NCBI RefSeq assembly: GCF_900766215.1
Contig: NZ_CAAFUQ010000095.1
Coordinates: 8,545 to 72,544, forward strand
DNA length: 64,000 nt
Origin: an uncultured Finegoldia sp.
GTDB lineage: Bacteria; Bacillota; Clostridia; Tissierellales; Peptoniphilaceae
Reading direction: 5' to 3'
Shown here: positions 29,184-38,287 of the stretch, piece by piece
Layout: each line of letters begins with the position of its first letter
How positions within the stretch are numbered: position 1 is the first letter of the stretch
The notes under the pieces: generated by a model
Database searches by the model: none
Told to the model about the DNA's origin: nothing
What the model saw: only the letters and a program-made list of their open reading frames with translations
Made by a program: the position numbers and the translations under genes

Positions 29184-29836
29184 TGTGCATTTTCCTCATA
29201 TCTTTCTCCAGTAACAGAGAAGATTACCCATGTTGCAATTCTTTCTGCATTATCGCCAATTCTTTCTAGGTATTTTGCAACTTGAATTAAATCGATAATT
29301 TGTTCAGGATTATCACAACCTGATTTGATTAGTTCAATTGACTCATCCATGAAATGCCTAAAAAGTTCATCAACTTCATCATCCTTTTTAATTACAGAAT
29401 AAGCAAGTTCAACATCATCATCTGTAAAGGCATTAATACTTTCAACTAGCATTTTTTGGGCAGATTTACCCATACATCTTATCATCGACAAGTCTTTTGG
29501 AAGTCTAGTTTTTCCAATTAACATAACAAGTTCAGAAATTTCTTGTGCATGGTTTCCAATTTTACTCATACAAGAAAGAATTCTTAGTGCTGATGAAATG
29601 AATCTTAAGTCTTTTGCAACAGGAGATTGTGTAGTTAAAAGTCTCAAACAAGTATCCTCAACCTCTTTTGACATTTCATATATAGTTTCTTGAGAATCGT
29701 AAACTTTTTGAGCTATTTCTAAATCTTGAGTTTCTAAAGCGTATGTGCTTTGTTCTATTTGTCTTTCGACATTTGCTCCAAGAAAAATTAAATTATGTTT
29801 TAATTCTTCTAATTGATGTGTAAAATATTTTCTCAT
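29180..29836 (-). CDS. phoU: Phosphate signalling complex protein PhoU
   Basis: Two PhoU repeats; 218 aa; between pstB and phoP. Confidence 0.85.
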   Translation of the reverse strand: MRKYFTHQLEELKHNLIFLGANVERQIEQSTYALETQDLEIAQKVYDSQETIYEMSKEVEDTCLRLLTTQSPVAKDLRFISSALRILSCMSKIGNHAQEISELVMLIGKTRLPKDLSMIRCMGKSAQKMLVESINAFTDDDVELAYSVIKKDDEVDELFRHFMDESIELIKSGCDNPEQIIDLIQVAKYLERIGDNAERIATWVIFSVTGERYEENAQ

Positions 29837-29850
29837 AAAACCACCTCTTT

Positions 29851-30603
29851 TTAACCGAATCTACCAGTAATATAATCCTCTGTTCTTTTATCCTCAGGTT
29901 TTGAGAACAGTATATCAGTATTATTAAATTCTATAACTTCACCTGTTAAGAAAAATGCTGTTTTGTCTGAAATACGAGCAGCTTGTTGCATATTGTGAGT
30001 TACCATTATTATAGTATATTTTGACTTCAAATCTTGGCATAAATCTTCAATTTTATTAGTAGAAATAGGGTCAAGAGCTGAAGTTGGTTCATCCATTAGC
30101 AATACTTCAGGTTCCACAGCTAGTGCTCTAGCAATACAAATTCTTTGTTGTTGACCACCAGAGATTGAAAGTGCATTTTTCTTTAAATTGTCTTTTACTT
30201 CATCCCAAATTGCTGCACCTTTCAAAGATTTTTCTACGATTTCATCTAATTTAGCTTTGTTTTTTTCCCCGTGTAATCTTGGGCCATAGGCAATATTATC
30301 GTAAATTGACATAGGGAATGGGTTAGGCTTTTGAAAAACCATACCTACTCTTTTTCTTAATAAGTTTACATCATAATTTTTATCATATATGTCTTTACCA
30401 TCTAAAGTTATTAATCCTTCGATACGACATCCGTCAATAAGATCATTCATTCTATTAAGACACTTAAGCATTGTAGACTTACCACAGCCTGAAGGTCCAA
30501 TAAAAGCCGTAATCTCATTGGATTTCATTTCCATGTTGATTTTCTTTAAAGCATGAAAATCATCATAATATAAATCAACATCTTTTATGCTTATCTTAGA
30601 CAT
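29851..30603 (-). CDS. pstB: Phosphate ABC transporter ATP-binding protein
   Basis: Walker [10 protein letters not shown], signature LSGGQQQR, Walker [12 protein letters not shown]. Confidence 0.92.
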   Translation of the reverse strand: MSKISIKDVDLYYDDFHALKKINMEMKSNEITAFIGPSGCGKSTMLKCLNRMNDLIDGCRIEGLITLDGKDIYDKNYDVNLLRKRVGMVFQKPNPFPMSIYDNIAYGPRLHGEKNKAKLDEIVEKSLKGAAIWDEVKDNLKKNALSISGGQQQRICIARALAVEPEVLLMDEPTSALDPISTNKIEDLCQDLKSKYTIIMVTHNMQQAARISDKTAFFLTGEVIEFNNTDILFSKPEDKRTEDYITGRFG

Positions 30604-31478
30604 TATTTACTTCCTTTCGTTAATTTTTTTCCTATTAAATTTGAAACTATATTTATTATTAAAACTAAAATTACTAATACAACCCCAGTTGCATAAGATT
30701 CTTCTACATGGAATCCTTCAGAAGATAAAACATACATGTGTAAAGCCAAACTTCTTCCGGATTGCATTAAACTTGTTGGAACACGCGGATCAGTTCCTAA
30801 AGTAAACATCAATGCAGCAGTTTCACCGATAACTCTACCTATAGAAAGGATAATACCAGCCATGATACCAGGCATAGCAACAGGAAGTAATACCTTTCTT
30901 ATAGTATACAACTTTCCAGCTCCTAATGCATAACTTCCAGCTCTTAATTCGTCATCTATTGATAGCAAAGCTTGTTCACTAGCTCTTATGATTAAAGGAA
31001 GTACCATTATAAACATTGTAAGAACACCAGATATTAATGAATATCTAAATTTTAATCTCATTACAAACAACAACATACCGAATAAACCATATACTATTGA
31101 TGGAATACCAGATAATGTTTCAGTTGCAAGTCTAATAAGTGTAACTACTTTTGAATTTTTCTTTGAATATTCTGATAAGTAAATTGCAGTAAATATTCCG
31201 ATAGGACTAGCAATTAATAATGTTAACAATACTAAAATAATAGTAGTCTTGATTGATGGCATCATTGAAACATTCTTTGAAGTATAGTGATTCGAAAACA
31301 TACTTGGTTTCAAATGAGGAATACCATTAACTAGCATGTAAATAATTAAATAAAACAAAACAGCTAATGTAATGAAAGCCATTAAATAAATAAAGCCTTT
31401 AATAACTTTACTCTTGGTTTTGTTTTTGCGTAAATTTCTCAAACTGTTATTGGAAATATCGATAGAATTATTTTCCAT
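30603..31478 (-). CDS. pstA: Phosphate ABC transporter permease PstA
   Basis: BPD_transp_1 permease with an EAA-like loop, overlapping pstB. Confidence 0.85.
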   Translation of the reverse strand: MENNSIDISNNSLRNLRKNKTKSKVIKGFIYLMAFITLAVLFYLIIYMLVNGIPHLKPSMFSNHYTSKNVSMMPSIKTTIILVLLTLLIASPIGIFTAIYLSEYSKKNSKVVTLIRLATETLSGIPSIVYGLFGMLLFVMRLKFRYSLISGVLTMFIMVLPLIIRASEQALLSIDDELRAGSYALGAGKLYTIRKVLLPVAMPGIMAGIILSIGRVIGETAALMFTLGTDPRVPTSLMQSGRSLALHMYVLSSEGFHVEESYATGVVLVILVLIINIVSNLIGKKLTKGSK

Positions 31479-32337
31479 TATTTACACCTCTTTTAACTAA
31501 ATTAAACGCTAAATTTATTAGTAGTATAAATACGAATAGTACCATTGCAGTAGCGATTAAAGCATCTCTGTGTGCGCCAGAAGCATAAGCCATGTCCAAT
31601 ACAATGTTAGTAGTCATTGTACGTGTTCCTGAAAAAATGCTTTTTGCAATAACAGGTTGATTTCCAGCAACTAAATATACAGCCATTGTTTCACCAATAG
31701 CACGTCCAATTCCAAGTATAACTGATGATAATATACCTGATTTTGCAGCGGGAACAACAACTCCCATAACGGCTAATTCGTGGCTAGCACCTAGAGCAAT
31801 ACTTCCTTCGTAGTAAGAATCAACAACAGTATTAATTGCACTTTCAGACAATGTGATTATTGTTGGTAAAATCATGATTCCTAAAAGAATAGATGCAGTA
31901 ACTATATTCATACCAGTTCCTCCAAATGCTTTTCTAATCATTGGAACAATAACTACCAAAGCAAAGAAACCATAAACTATAGATGGTATACCAGCCATTA
32001 AATCTATACAAGGTCTCAAAAAGCTATATAATTTTTTAGGACAAAACTTTGCAAGATAAATTGCAGTAAAAATTCCAATTGGAACTCCGATAATTATAGA
32101 ACCAATCGTTACATAGATACTACCTATAATCATAGGTAATATTCCAAATTGAGCAGGTACATCTACAGGAGACCAGTCCTTACCAAATATAAAATTAGTT
32201 AAACCAACTTTTTTTATAAAAGGCATTGATTCACCAAAAATGAAAAAACATATTAAAACTATTGCGAAAATAGAAGTTAGTGCTGAAACTAAAAACACGT
32301 ATTTCATTATTGATTCAGATAAATATTTCTTTTTCAT
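31468..32337 (-). CDS. pstC: Phosphate ABC transporter permease PstC
   Basis: Permease with an EGSIALGAS... loop. Confidence 0.85.
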   Translation of the reverse strand: MKKKYLSESIMKYVFLVSALTSIFAIVLICFFIFGESMPFIKKVGLTNFIFGKDWSPVDVPAQFGILPMIIGSIYVTIGSIIIGVPIGIFTAIYLAKFCPKKLYSFLRPCIDLMAGIPSIVYGFFALVVIVPMIRKAFGGTGMNIVTASILLGIMILPTIITLSESAINTVVDSYYEGSIALGASHELAVMGVVVPAAKSGILSSVILGIGRAIGETMAVYLVAGNQPVIAKSIFSGTRTMTTNIVLDMAYASGAHRDALIATAMVLFVFILLINLAFNLVKRGVNNGK

Positions 32338-32502
32338 ATTAAATCCTTTCTATATTTTTATCACCTTAATATTATCAAGTGCTTGTAAAATAAATGCGAT
32401 AATAATGTTAATTTAATGTAAAGTTTTCTAACTTATCTCACAAAAATCGTATAGAATAGAGAAATAGTATGATTTTATAAATGTAAAATATATATTTGGA
32501 AA

Positions 32503-32535
32503 TTAAAAAACAGACCTCGTGTGAGATCTGTTTTT
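32503..32535. terminator. Hairpin between pstS and pstC (partial terminator or processing site), with A/T runs on both sides
   Basis: aacagacctc...gagatctgtt is a 10-bp stem with one mismatch, flanked by A6 upstream and T5 downstream on the + strand. Confidence 0.55.
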
Positions 32536-32544
32536 AGAGAGGAA

Positions 32545-33489
32545 TTATTTAGAAATTTCAGACCAAGATTTAACTTTTCCAGTGAAAATATCTTTTACTT
32601 GTTCTAATGTTAAATCAGTTGCCTTAGTATTTTCTTTGTTTACTATAACTGCTATACCGTCAATTGCGATTGGTTGAGCCTTTAATTGTTCTTTTTCTTT
32701 ATCTTTTAATTCTCTTGAAGCCATTCCAATGTCACATACTCCTTCAATAGCTGAGTTCATACCAGCTGAAGAACCAGTAGATTGAATTTCAATTTCTACT
32801 TCTGGGTACATTCCTTTGTAAGCTTCTGCCAATTTTTCCATTAATGGGGAAACGGATGTTGAACCTGCAACTACAATTTTACCTTTTTGTGAATTTTTGT
32901 TGTAAGCTTTAGCTTCTTGAGGAAGTTGTTCATAACCTTCTTTTTTAACAATTTCTTGTCCTTCTTTAGATAAAATGAAATCTAAGAAATCTTTTGGAAG
33001 TGGTTTTAATTCTCCTTTGTAAGCGATGTTAAAAGGTCTTGAGATTTTATAGTCACCTTTTTGAACATTTTCAGAAGTTGCTTCAACGCCGTTGATTTTA
33101 ATTGCATTAACTTTGTCATTTAAAGAACCTAATGAAATGTATCCAATAGCATCTTTGTCTTGACCAACAGTCATCATTACTGCGTTAGTACTGTTTTGAA
33201 CAATGGCTGAAGCTGCTGTTTTGTCTTGTTCTTTTCCGTCAGCACCTTTTTCTAGAATTTTAGTAATTTCTGTAAATGCTCCTCTAGTACCTGAACCATT
33301 TTCTCTTGATACTACGTGGATTTCTTCTCCAGCACTTTCGTTTGATTTAGAATCATTAGAAGTAGTTTCTGTTTTGTTTGAGTTTTCTGATGTTTTTCCA
33401 TCATCTTGTTTTGCACATGCTACCATGAATACTCCGAATACAAGCATCATAGCAACTAACATTAATTTTTTGATTTTCAAATAAATCAT
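32545..33489 (-). CDS. pstS: Phosphate-binding lipoprotein PstS
   Basis: Signal peptide with a VACAK lipobox, Ser/Thr-rich linker and a PBP-superfamily domain. Confidence 0.85.
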   Translation of the reverse strand: MIYLKIKKLMLVAMMLVFGVFMVACAKQDDGKTSENSNKTETTSNDSKSNESAGEEIHVVSRENGSGTRGAFTEITKILEKGADGKEQDKTAASAIVQNSTNAVMMTVGQDKDAIGYISLGSLNDKVNAIKINGVEATSENVQKGDYKISRPFNIAYKGELKPLPKDFLDFILSKEGQEIVKKEGYEQLPQEAKAYNKNSQKGKIVVAGSTSVSPLMEKLAEAYKGMYPEVEIEIQSTGSSAGMNSAIEGVCDIGMASRELKDKEKEQLKAQPIAIDGIAVIVNKENTKATDLTLEQVKDIFTGKVKSWSEISK

Positions 33490-33622
33490 CCTTTCATATT
33501 TAATTCACTAATAGAATACATGTAATGTTTAAAATTCATATAATATTATTGTAAATTGTATGTAAAATTAATTATTAACATATTTTTAAAATAAAGTGTT
33601 ATACTATTTCTAGGGGGAATAT

Positions 33623-34621
33623 ATGAAGAAACTATTATTGATTACAACAGGAGGAACTATAGCATCTGTAGCTACAGATAAGGGATTAGCTCCAGGTCTT
33701 CAAGCAAAAGATATATTAGAATATGTAAAATTTAAAAAATTTGACTTTGAATTAGATACTTTAAGTTTATTTAGTATTGATTCGACGGACATAAGACCAG
33801 AACATTGGTTACTTATCAAACAAACTATAAAAGAAAACTACGATGAATACGATGGTTTTGTAATAACACATGGGACTGATACATTGGCATATACAGCATC
33901 TGCTTTGGGGTATTTAATACAAAAAAGCCCAAAGCCTATTGTAATTACAGGAGCACAAAAATCAATTTCGAATGATATTACTGATGCAAAGAATAACCTG
34001 ATAGATGCTTTAATATATGCTAGCAAAGATAAATCGCATGGAGTTAATATAGTTTTTAATGGAAAAGTTATTTGTGGTAATAGAGCTAGAAAAGTCAGAA
34101 CAAAAAGCTTTGATGCTTTTGATTCTATAAATTATCCATTAATTGCAATAATCCACGATGGCAAAGTTTTAAGATATATAGATGATAAATCAAATGCTCC
34201 AGTAGAATTTTATGATCAATTAGATGATAGTGTATATCTGTTAAAGTTAATTCCTTCTATGAGAGGAGATATTCTTGAAGATATTTTCAAAAAATACGAT
34301 TGTATTATAGTAGAAAGCTATGGAGTAGGTGGAATGCCAGCTGGAATATCTGAAGAATTCCTTAGATTGATGGATCGTTATACAGACAATAAAATTATTG
34401 TGATGACAACACAAGTTCCACAAGAAGGATCAGATATTGGAGTTTATCAAGTAGGAATGCGAATTAGAGAAAAACTAGATGTTTTGGAATCTAAAGATAT
34501 GACACTAGAATCAGTAGTATGTAAAATGATGTATGTAATGGGTAAACACAATAGAGATATCGATAAAATTCAAGAAGAATTTTATTCGATAATAAATCAT
34601 GATATTTCAATAATAGAATAA
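33623..34621 (+). CDS. ansA: Type I L-asparaginase
   Basis: N-terminal TTGGTIAS catalytic Thr motif; HGTDTL; 332 aa. Confidence 0.85.
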   Translation: MKKLLLITTGGTIASVATDKGLAPGLQAKDILEYVKFKKFDFELDTLSLFSIDSTDIRPEHWLLIKQTIKENYDEYDGFVITHGTDTLAYTASALGYLIQKSPKPIVITGAQKSISNDITDAKNNLIDALIYASKDKSHGVNIVFNGKVICGNRARKVRTKSFDAFDSINYPLIAIIHDGKVLRYIDDKSNAPVEFYDQLDDSVYLLKLIPSMRGDILEDIFKKYDCIIVESYGVGGMPAGISEEFLRLMDRYTDNKIIVMTTQVPQEGSDIGVYQVGMRIREKLDVLESKDMTLESVVCKMMYVMGKHNRDIDKIQEEFYSIINHDISIIE

Positions 34622-34631
34622 TATAACGAGT

Positions 34632-34675
34632 GATAAAATAATATTTAGAGAGTATTATTTTATCGCTTTTTTATT
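34632..34675 (+). terminator. Rho-independent terminator after ansA
   Basis: Perfect 12-bp stem gataaaataata/tattattttatc followed by gcTTTTTTaTTT. Confidence 0.75.
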
Positions 34676-34728
34676 TCTAAATTTTGAAAAGTTAAGGATA
34701 TGAATTATAATCTAGGTAGAGGATTATT

Positions 34729-35259
34729 ATGAAAAGAAATGTAGATTTTTATGTAAAACAAAGAAATGAGTTAATTGATTTATTAGATGATGGCAAAATT
34801 ACGAAACAGGAATTTATTTCAAGAAACAATGTATTAATTGATAGTTTTAATCTTAGACCATTTATCAATATTAAAACTGTAAATGAGGGGATTTTTAACT
34901 ACCAATACTATAATTCAAAAGCTAAAGAATACAATACTATCGCAAACAAATATAAAAACAAGAAACCGAAAAAATACATTGCATCATTAAATAAATGCAG
35001 AAACTATTACTTGGAAAAAGATAATACGATTTTAAAAATCTTGGAATTGATAGAATACAAAAATGTTGAGGCATATTACATAGATATTTTATCATACAGA
35101 ATGAGAGATAATCTTTTTGAAATTGTGCTTAAAGATTATGAGAAGATGATTTTTCATACAATAAATGAAAACATAAAAAAACATTTAAATGATAACAATG
35201 TTTTCGAACCAATAAAGAAAAAATCCCTTATCGATTCTTATGTCAATAAGGGATATTGA
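34729..35259 (+). CDS. Hypothetical protein, 176 aa, Lys/Asn-rich, with no recognisable motif
   Basis: Intact ORF with an RBS (GGTAGAGGA); no TM segment and no motif recognised. Confidence 0.5.
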   Translation: MKRNVDFYVKQRNELIDLLDDGKITKQEFISRNNVLIDSFNLRPFINIKTVNEGIFNYQYYNSKAKEYNTIANKYKNKKPKKYIASLNKCRNYYLEKDNTILKILELIEYKNVEAYYIDILSYRMRDNLFEIVLKDYEKMIFHTINENIKKHLNDNNVFEPIKKKSLIDSYVNKGY

Positions 35260-35649
35260 TTATTTCTTGATTTTGGCAACTATTTGTTCAGTAGTCATAT
35301 TTTTATTTAGTTTGTAGTTGCCATCTTTGAATGCAGTAACATTGTTTTGCTTTAAGTAGTTTAAGAATTCTTGTTCATTAGTAATTATGTTTCCGCTTAT
35401 CAAAATCTTGGATACATCCAAATCTTTTGCTTCGGGTGGAATTGTGATTTCAATGTCTTTAACTTCTTCTGTGACTTGTTTGATTTTTAAATCTTTTGAA
35501 TAGGTTTGAGAACTTGTGTAATTTTTTGAAAACATTGAATCAATTGTTTTATACACATAAAGTGTTGTGATTACTAGAATTAGTAACAATAATAAAAGCT
35601 TTGCAAATTTATAAATAAAATCTACTATAGTATCAATAAAATTTTTCAT
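35260..35649 (-). CDS. Hypothetical single-pass membrane protein, 129 aa; weak resemblance to the N-terminal TM plus YceG-like region of MltG
   Basis: N-terminal TM followed by a small domain (ITIPPEA...TTEQIVAKIKK). It is convergent with the preceding gene, with no spacer. Confidence 0.45.
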   Translation of the reverse strand: MKNFIDTIVDFIYKFAKLLLLLLILVITTLYVYKTIDSMFSKNYTSSQTYSKDLKIKQVTEEVKDIEITIPPEAKDLDVSKILISGNIITNEQEFLNYLKQNNVTAFKDGNYKLNKNMTTEQIVAKIKK

Positions 35650-35709
35650 TTTTCACCTTCCTTATTAAATTATAATGATTTATTAAGAATTTTTCAAATA
35701 GGAGTAGCA

Positions 35710-36675
35710 ATGAGACATATAAATATAGATGATTCAAATAGCAATCAAAGAGTAGATAGGTTCATAATGAAACTAATGCCGAAAATGAGCAAAAATCATA
35801 TTCAAAAACTTATCCGAACTAAAAAAATAAAAGTAAATAAAAAAAGGACAGAGCCTGATTATAATTTGAAAATAGACGATATTGTCAATATTTATTTGTA
35901 TGATGAGGTAATTGAAAAATATCAAGATAATAAAGTCTACACTGCTGAAGATTTTAACCTAGATATTATTTTTGAAGATGAGGATTTAATATTGATTAAC
36001 AAAAAAACAGGAGTATTATCTCATGCTGCAAATCCTAGTGATTATGGGAAAAATATTGTGGATATGATGGTAAGTTATTTGATAAAAACTAATCAATATC
36101 AACCAACTCAAAACTCAACATTTACACCAGCATTGGTTAATAGATTGGACAGGAACACATCTGGAATTGTTGTCGGTGCAAAAACTTATGATAGTCTAAA
36201 ATTCTTTAATAATTTATTCAAAAAGCACGACATTACGAAAATTTATGAAACAATTGTAGTTGGGAATTTACAAGATCAAATGATTGATTTGGGACTGGAA
36301 AAAGATAGCGAAAAAAATAAATCCATTATTAATTCAGAAGGAAAGAAAAGTTTAACTAAGGTATGGAATGTAAAAAATTATGGTAGATACTCATTAGTAA
36401 ATGTGGATTTGTTGACAGGAAGAACTCATCAAATAAGAGCTCATTTAGCACACATCAATCATCCAATTATTGGAGATATTAAATATGGAAATAAAGAAGT
36501 AAACAAATATTTTAAGAATAAATACGATTTGAATTTTCAATTATTGCATTCTTATAAGTTAGAATTCCCAGAAAAAATGGAAAAGTATCAAAAATACGAA
36601 TCAATGGTTTTTGAAAGCAAGAGAGATGACATATTTGAAAAAGTATTGAATGATTTGGAGAACAAATATGATTAG
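35710..36675 (+). CDS. RluA-family pseudouridine synthase
   Basis: S4 domain N-terminus, catalytic-region HRLDRNTSG and RTHQIRAH motifs. Confidence 0.85.
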   Translation: MRHINIDDSNSNQRVDRFIMKLMPKMSKNHIQKLIRTKKIKVNKKRTEPDYNLKIDDIVNIYLYDEVIEKYQDNKVYTAEDFNLDIIFEDEDLILINKKTGVLSHAANPSDYGKNIVDMMVSYLIKTNQYQPTQNSTFTPALVNRLDRNTSGIVVGAKTYDSLKFFNNLFKKHDITKIYETIVVGNLQDQMIDLGLEKDSEKNKSIINSEGKKSLTKVWNVKNYGRYSLVNVDLLTGRTHQIRAHLAHINHPIIGDIKYGNKEVNKYFKNKYDLNFQLLHSYKLEFPEKMEKYQKYESMVFESKRDDIFEKVLNDLENKYD

Positions 36676-38287
36676 GATAGTTAATAATAATAAAACTTGT
36701 AATTACGAAAATAAAACAATATATGATTATGCGCTTGATTATGGATTTGAAGATAGTATTGTTGCATTAAAAAACAACAAAATTGTAGATATTATGAGTA
36801 GTGTCGATGATGGCGATTTTATAGAATTTCTGGATGAAAGCAACGTTTACTCACAAGATACATTGATGAAAACAGGAATTTTATTATTGTTATTAGCATT
36901 TAAAATTAAATTTCCAAAAGAACAATTAGTCGTTGAATACACTATAGGAGATTATATGTATCTTGAATTCGAAAATAACAATGAAATCCACTTTAAAGAC
37001 TTGGAAGAAATAAGAGAGTTAATGGATGATTTGATAAGTCAAAATCTCAGAATAGAGAGAGTAAAAGTTTCTAGAAAAGAAGCTTTTGATATTTTTGAAA
37101 AAGAAGGATACATTCAAAAATCAAGACTACTAAAAAGCCTGGATAAAGAAGAGGTGTACTTATATAAATGTCATGAACATTATTTTGGAATTGAAGGATT
37201 TGTTGCGCCATTCACTAGATTTTTAAAACATTACAAACTTATCAATTATTTTCCTGGAGTTGTATTAAGTGTAAGCAGTTCAGGTGAGTTTAGCAAATTC
37301 AAAGAAGAAAAAGCTCTTGCGAAAATATTTGTAAAATCTAAAAAATGGACTGAAATGTTGGATATAGGATATGTCGGAAGTTTGAACGAAAAAATAATAG
37401 ATGACAACATGGATTTTTTAGTTAGTGTTAATGAAGCTTATTTTGAAAATCAAATTTCTTATATTGCAGATAAGATTATTTATAATAACGCAAGATTAAT
37501 CCAAATATCGGGACCATCTTCATCCGGAAAAACAACTATGGCAAAAAGACTTTCTGTGCAATTAGCTGTTAGAGGGAAAAATCCTATTCCAATTTCTATG
37601 GACAATTATTTCGTAAACAGAATTGATACTCCCTTGGATAAAGACGGAAACAGAGATTATGAATCGATTAACGCCCTTGATTTGAAAACATTTAACAAGG
37701 ATTTAATGAGTTTATTAGAAGGCGATTATGTTAATTTGCCGATTTATAACTTTATAACAGGAGAGAGAGAATACGGCAATACTTATACAAAACTGGATAA
37801 AAATGGAATTATAATCGTAGAAGGAATTCATGGACTTAATCCAAAACTTACAAGTTTAGTTCCTGATAAAGACAAATACAAAATTTATGTGTCTGCTTTG
37901 ACACAACTAAGTATTGATTGCCATAACAGAATTTCAACAACAGATATGAGACTTATGAGAAGAATGGTAAGAGATTTTGTTCAAAGAGATAAAAGCATTG
38001 ATGATACATTATCTGAATGGCCAAGAGTTCATGCTGCTGAATACATCAATGTATTTCCTTATCAAAATGAAGCGGATAGTATAATAGACTCTTCGTTAAT
38101 TTATGAAATCAATATTTTGAAAAAATACGTTTTAAAACTTGTAGAAAATTACGACAAAAAAGGATTAAATTTTACAGAGATTGAAAGATTAAAATCAATT
38201 CTAAATTATTTTATCGAAATAAATGACGATTCAATAGTTCCGAAAAACTCAATTTTGCAAGAATTCATAGGAGATTACAATGAATAA
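36668..38287 (+). CDS. Fusion protein: ThrRS-like TGS and second-additional-domain N-terminus plus a uridine/cytidine kinase (PRK) domain; nucleoside kinase family
   Basis: C-terminal Walker A ISGPSSSGKTT, then PISMDNYF and IIVEGIHGL (Udk/PRK motifs), with an N-terminal TGS-like region. ATG 36668 with GGAG upstream is preferred to the listed 36650. Confidence 0.75.
   Translation: MIRIVNNNKTCNYENKTIYDYALDYGFEDSIVALKNNKIVDIMSSVDDGDFIEFLDESNVYSQDTLMKTGILLLLLAFKIKFPKEQLVVEYTIGDYMYLEFENNNEIHFKDLEEIRELMDDLISQNLRIERVKVSRKEAFDIFEKEGYIQKSRLLKSLDKEEVYLYKCHEHYFGIEGFVAPFTRFLKHYKLINYFPGVVLSVSSSGEFSKFKEEKALAKIFVKSKKWTEMLDIGYVGSLNEKIIDDNMDFLVSVNEAYFENQISYIADKIIYNNARLIQISGPSSSGKTTMAKRLSVQLAVRGKNPIPISMDNYFVNRIDTPLDKDGNRDYESINALDLKTFNKDLMSLLEGDYVNLPIYNFITGEREYGNTYTKLDKNGIIIVEGIHGLNPKLTSLVPDKDKYKIYVSALTQLSIDCHNRISTTDMRLMRRMVRDFVQRDKSIDDTLSEWPRVHAAEYINVFPYQNEADSIIDSSLIYEINILKKYVLKLVENYDKKGLNFTEIERLKSILNYFIEINDDSIVPKNSILQEFIGDYNE

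Noticed and set aside
33490-33622. Pho-box direct repeats upstream of pstS
   Set aside because: The region is AT-rich (ttattgtaaattgtatgtaaaattaattattaac), but I could not identify a convincing pair of TTAACA-like direct repeats at 11-bp spacing by eye, so it is left unreported as a feature.
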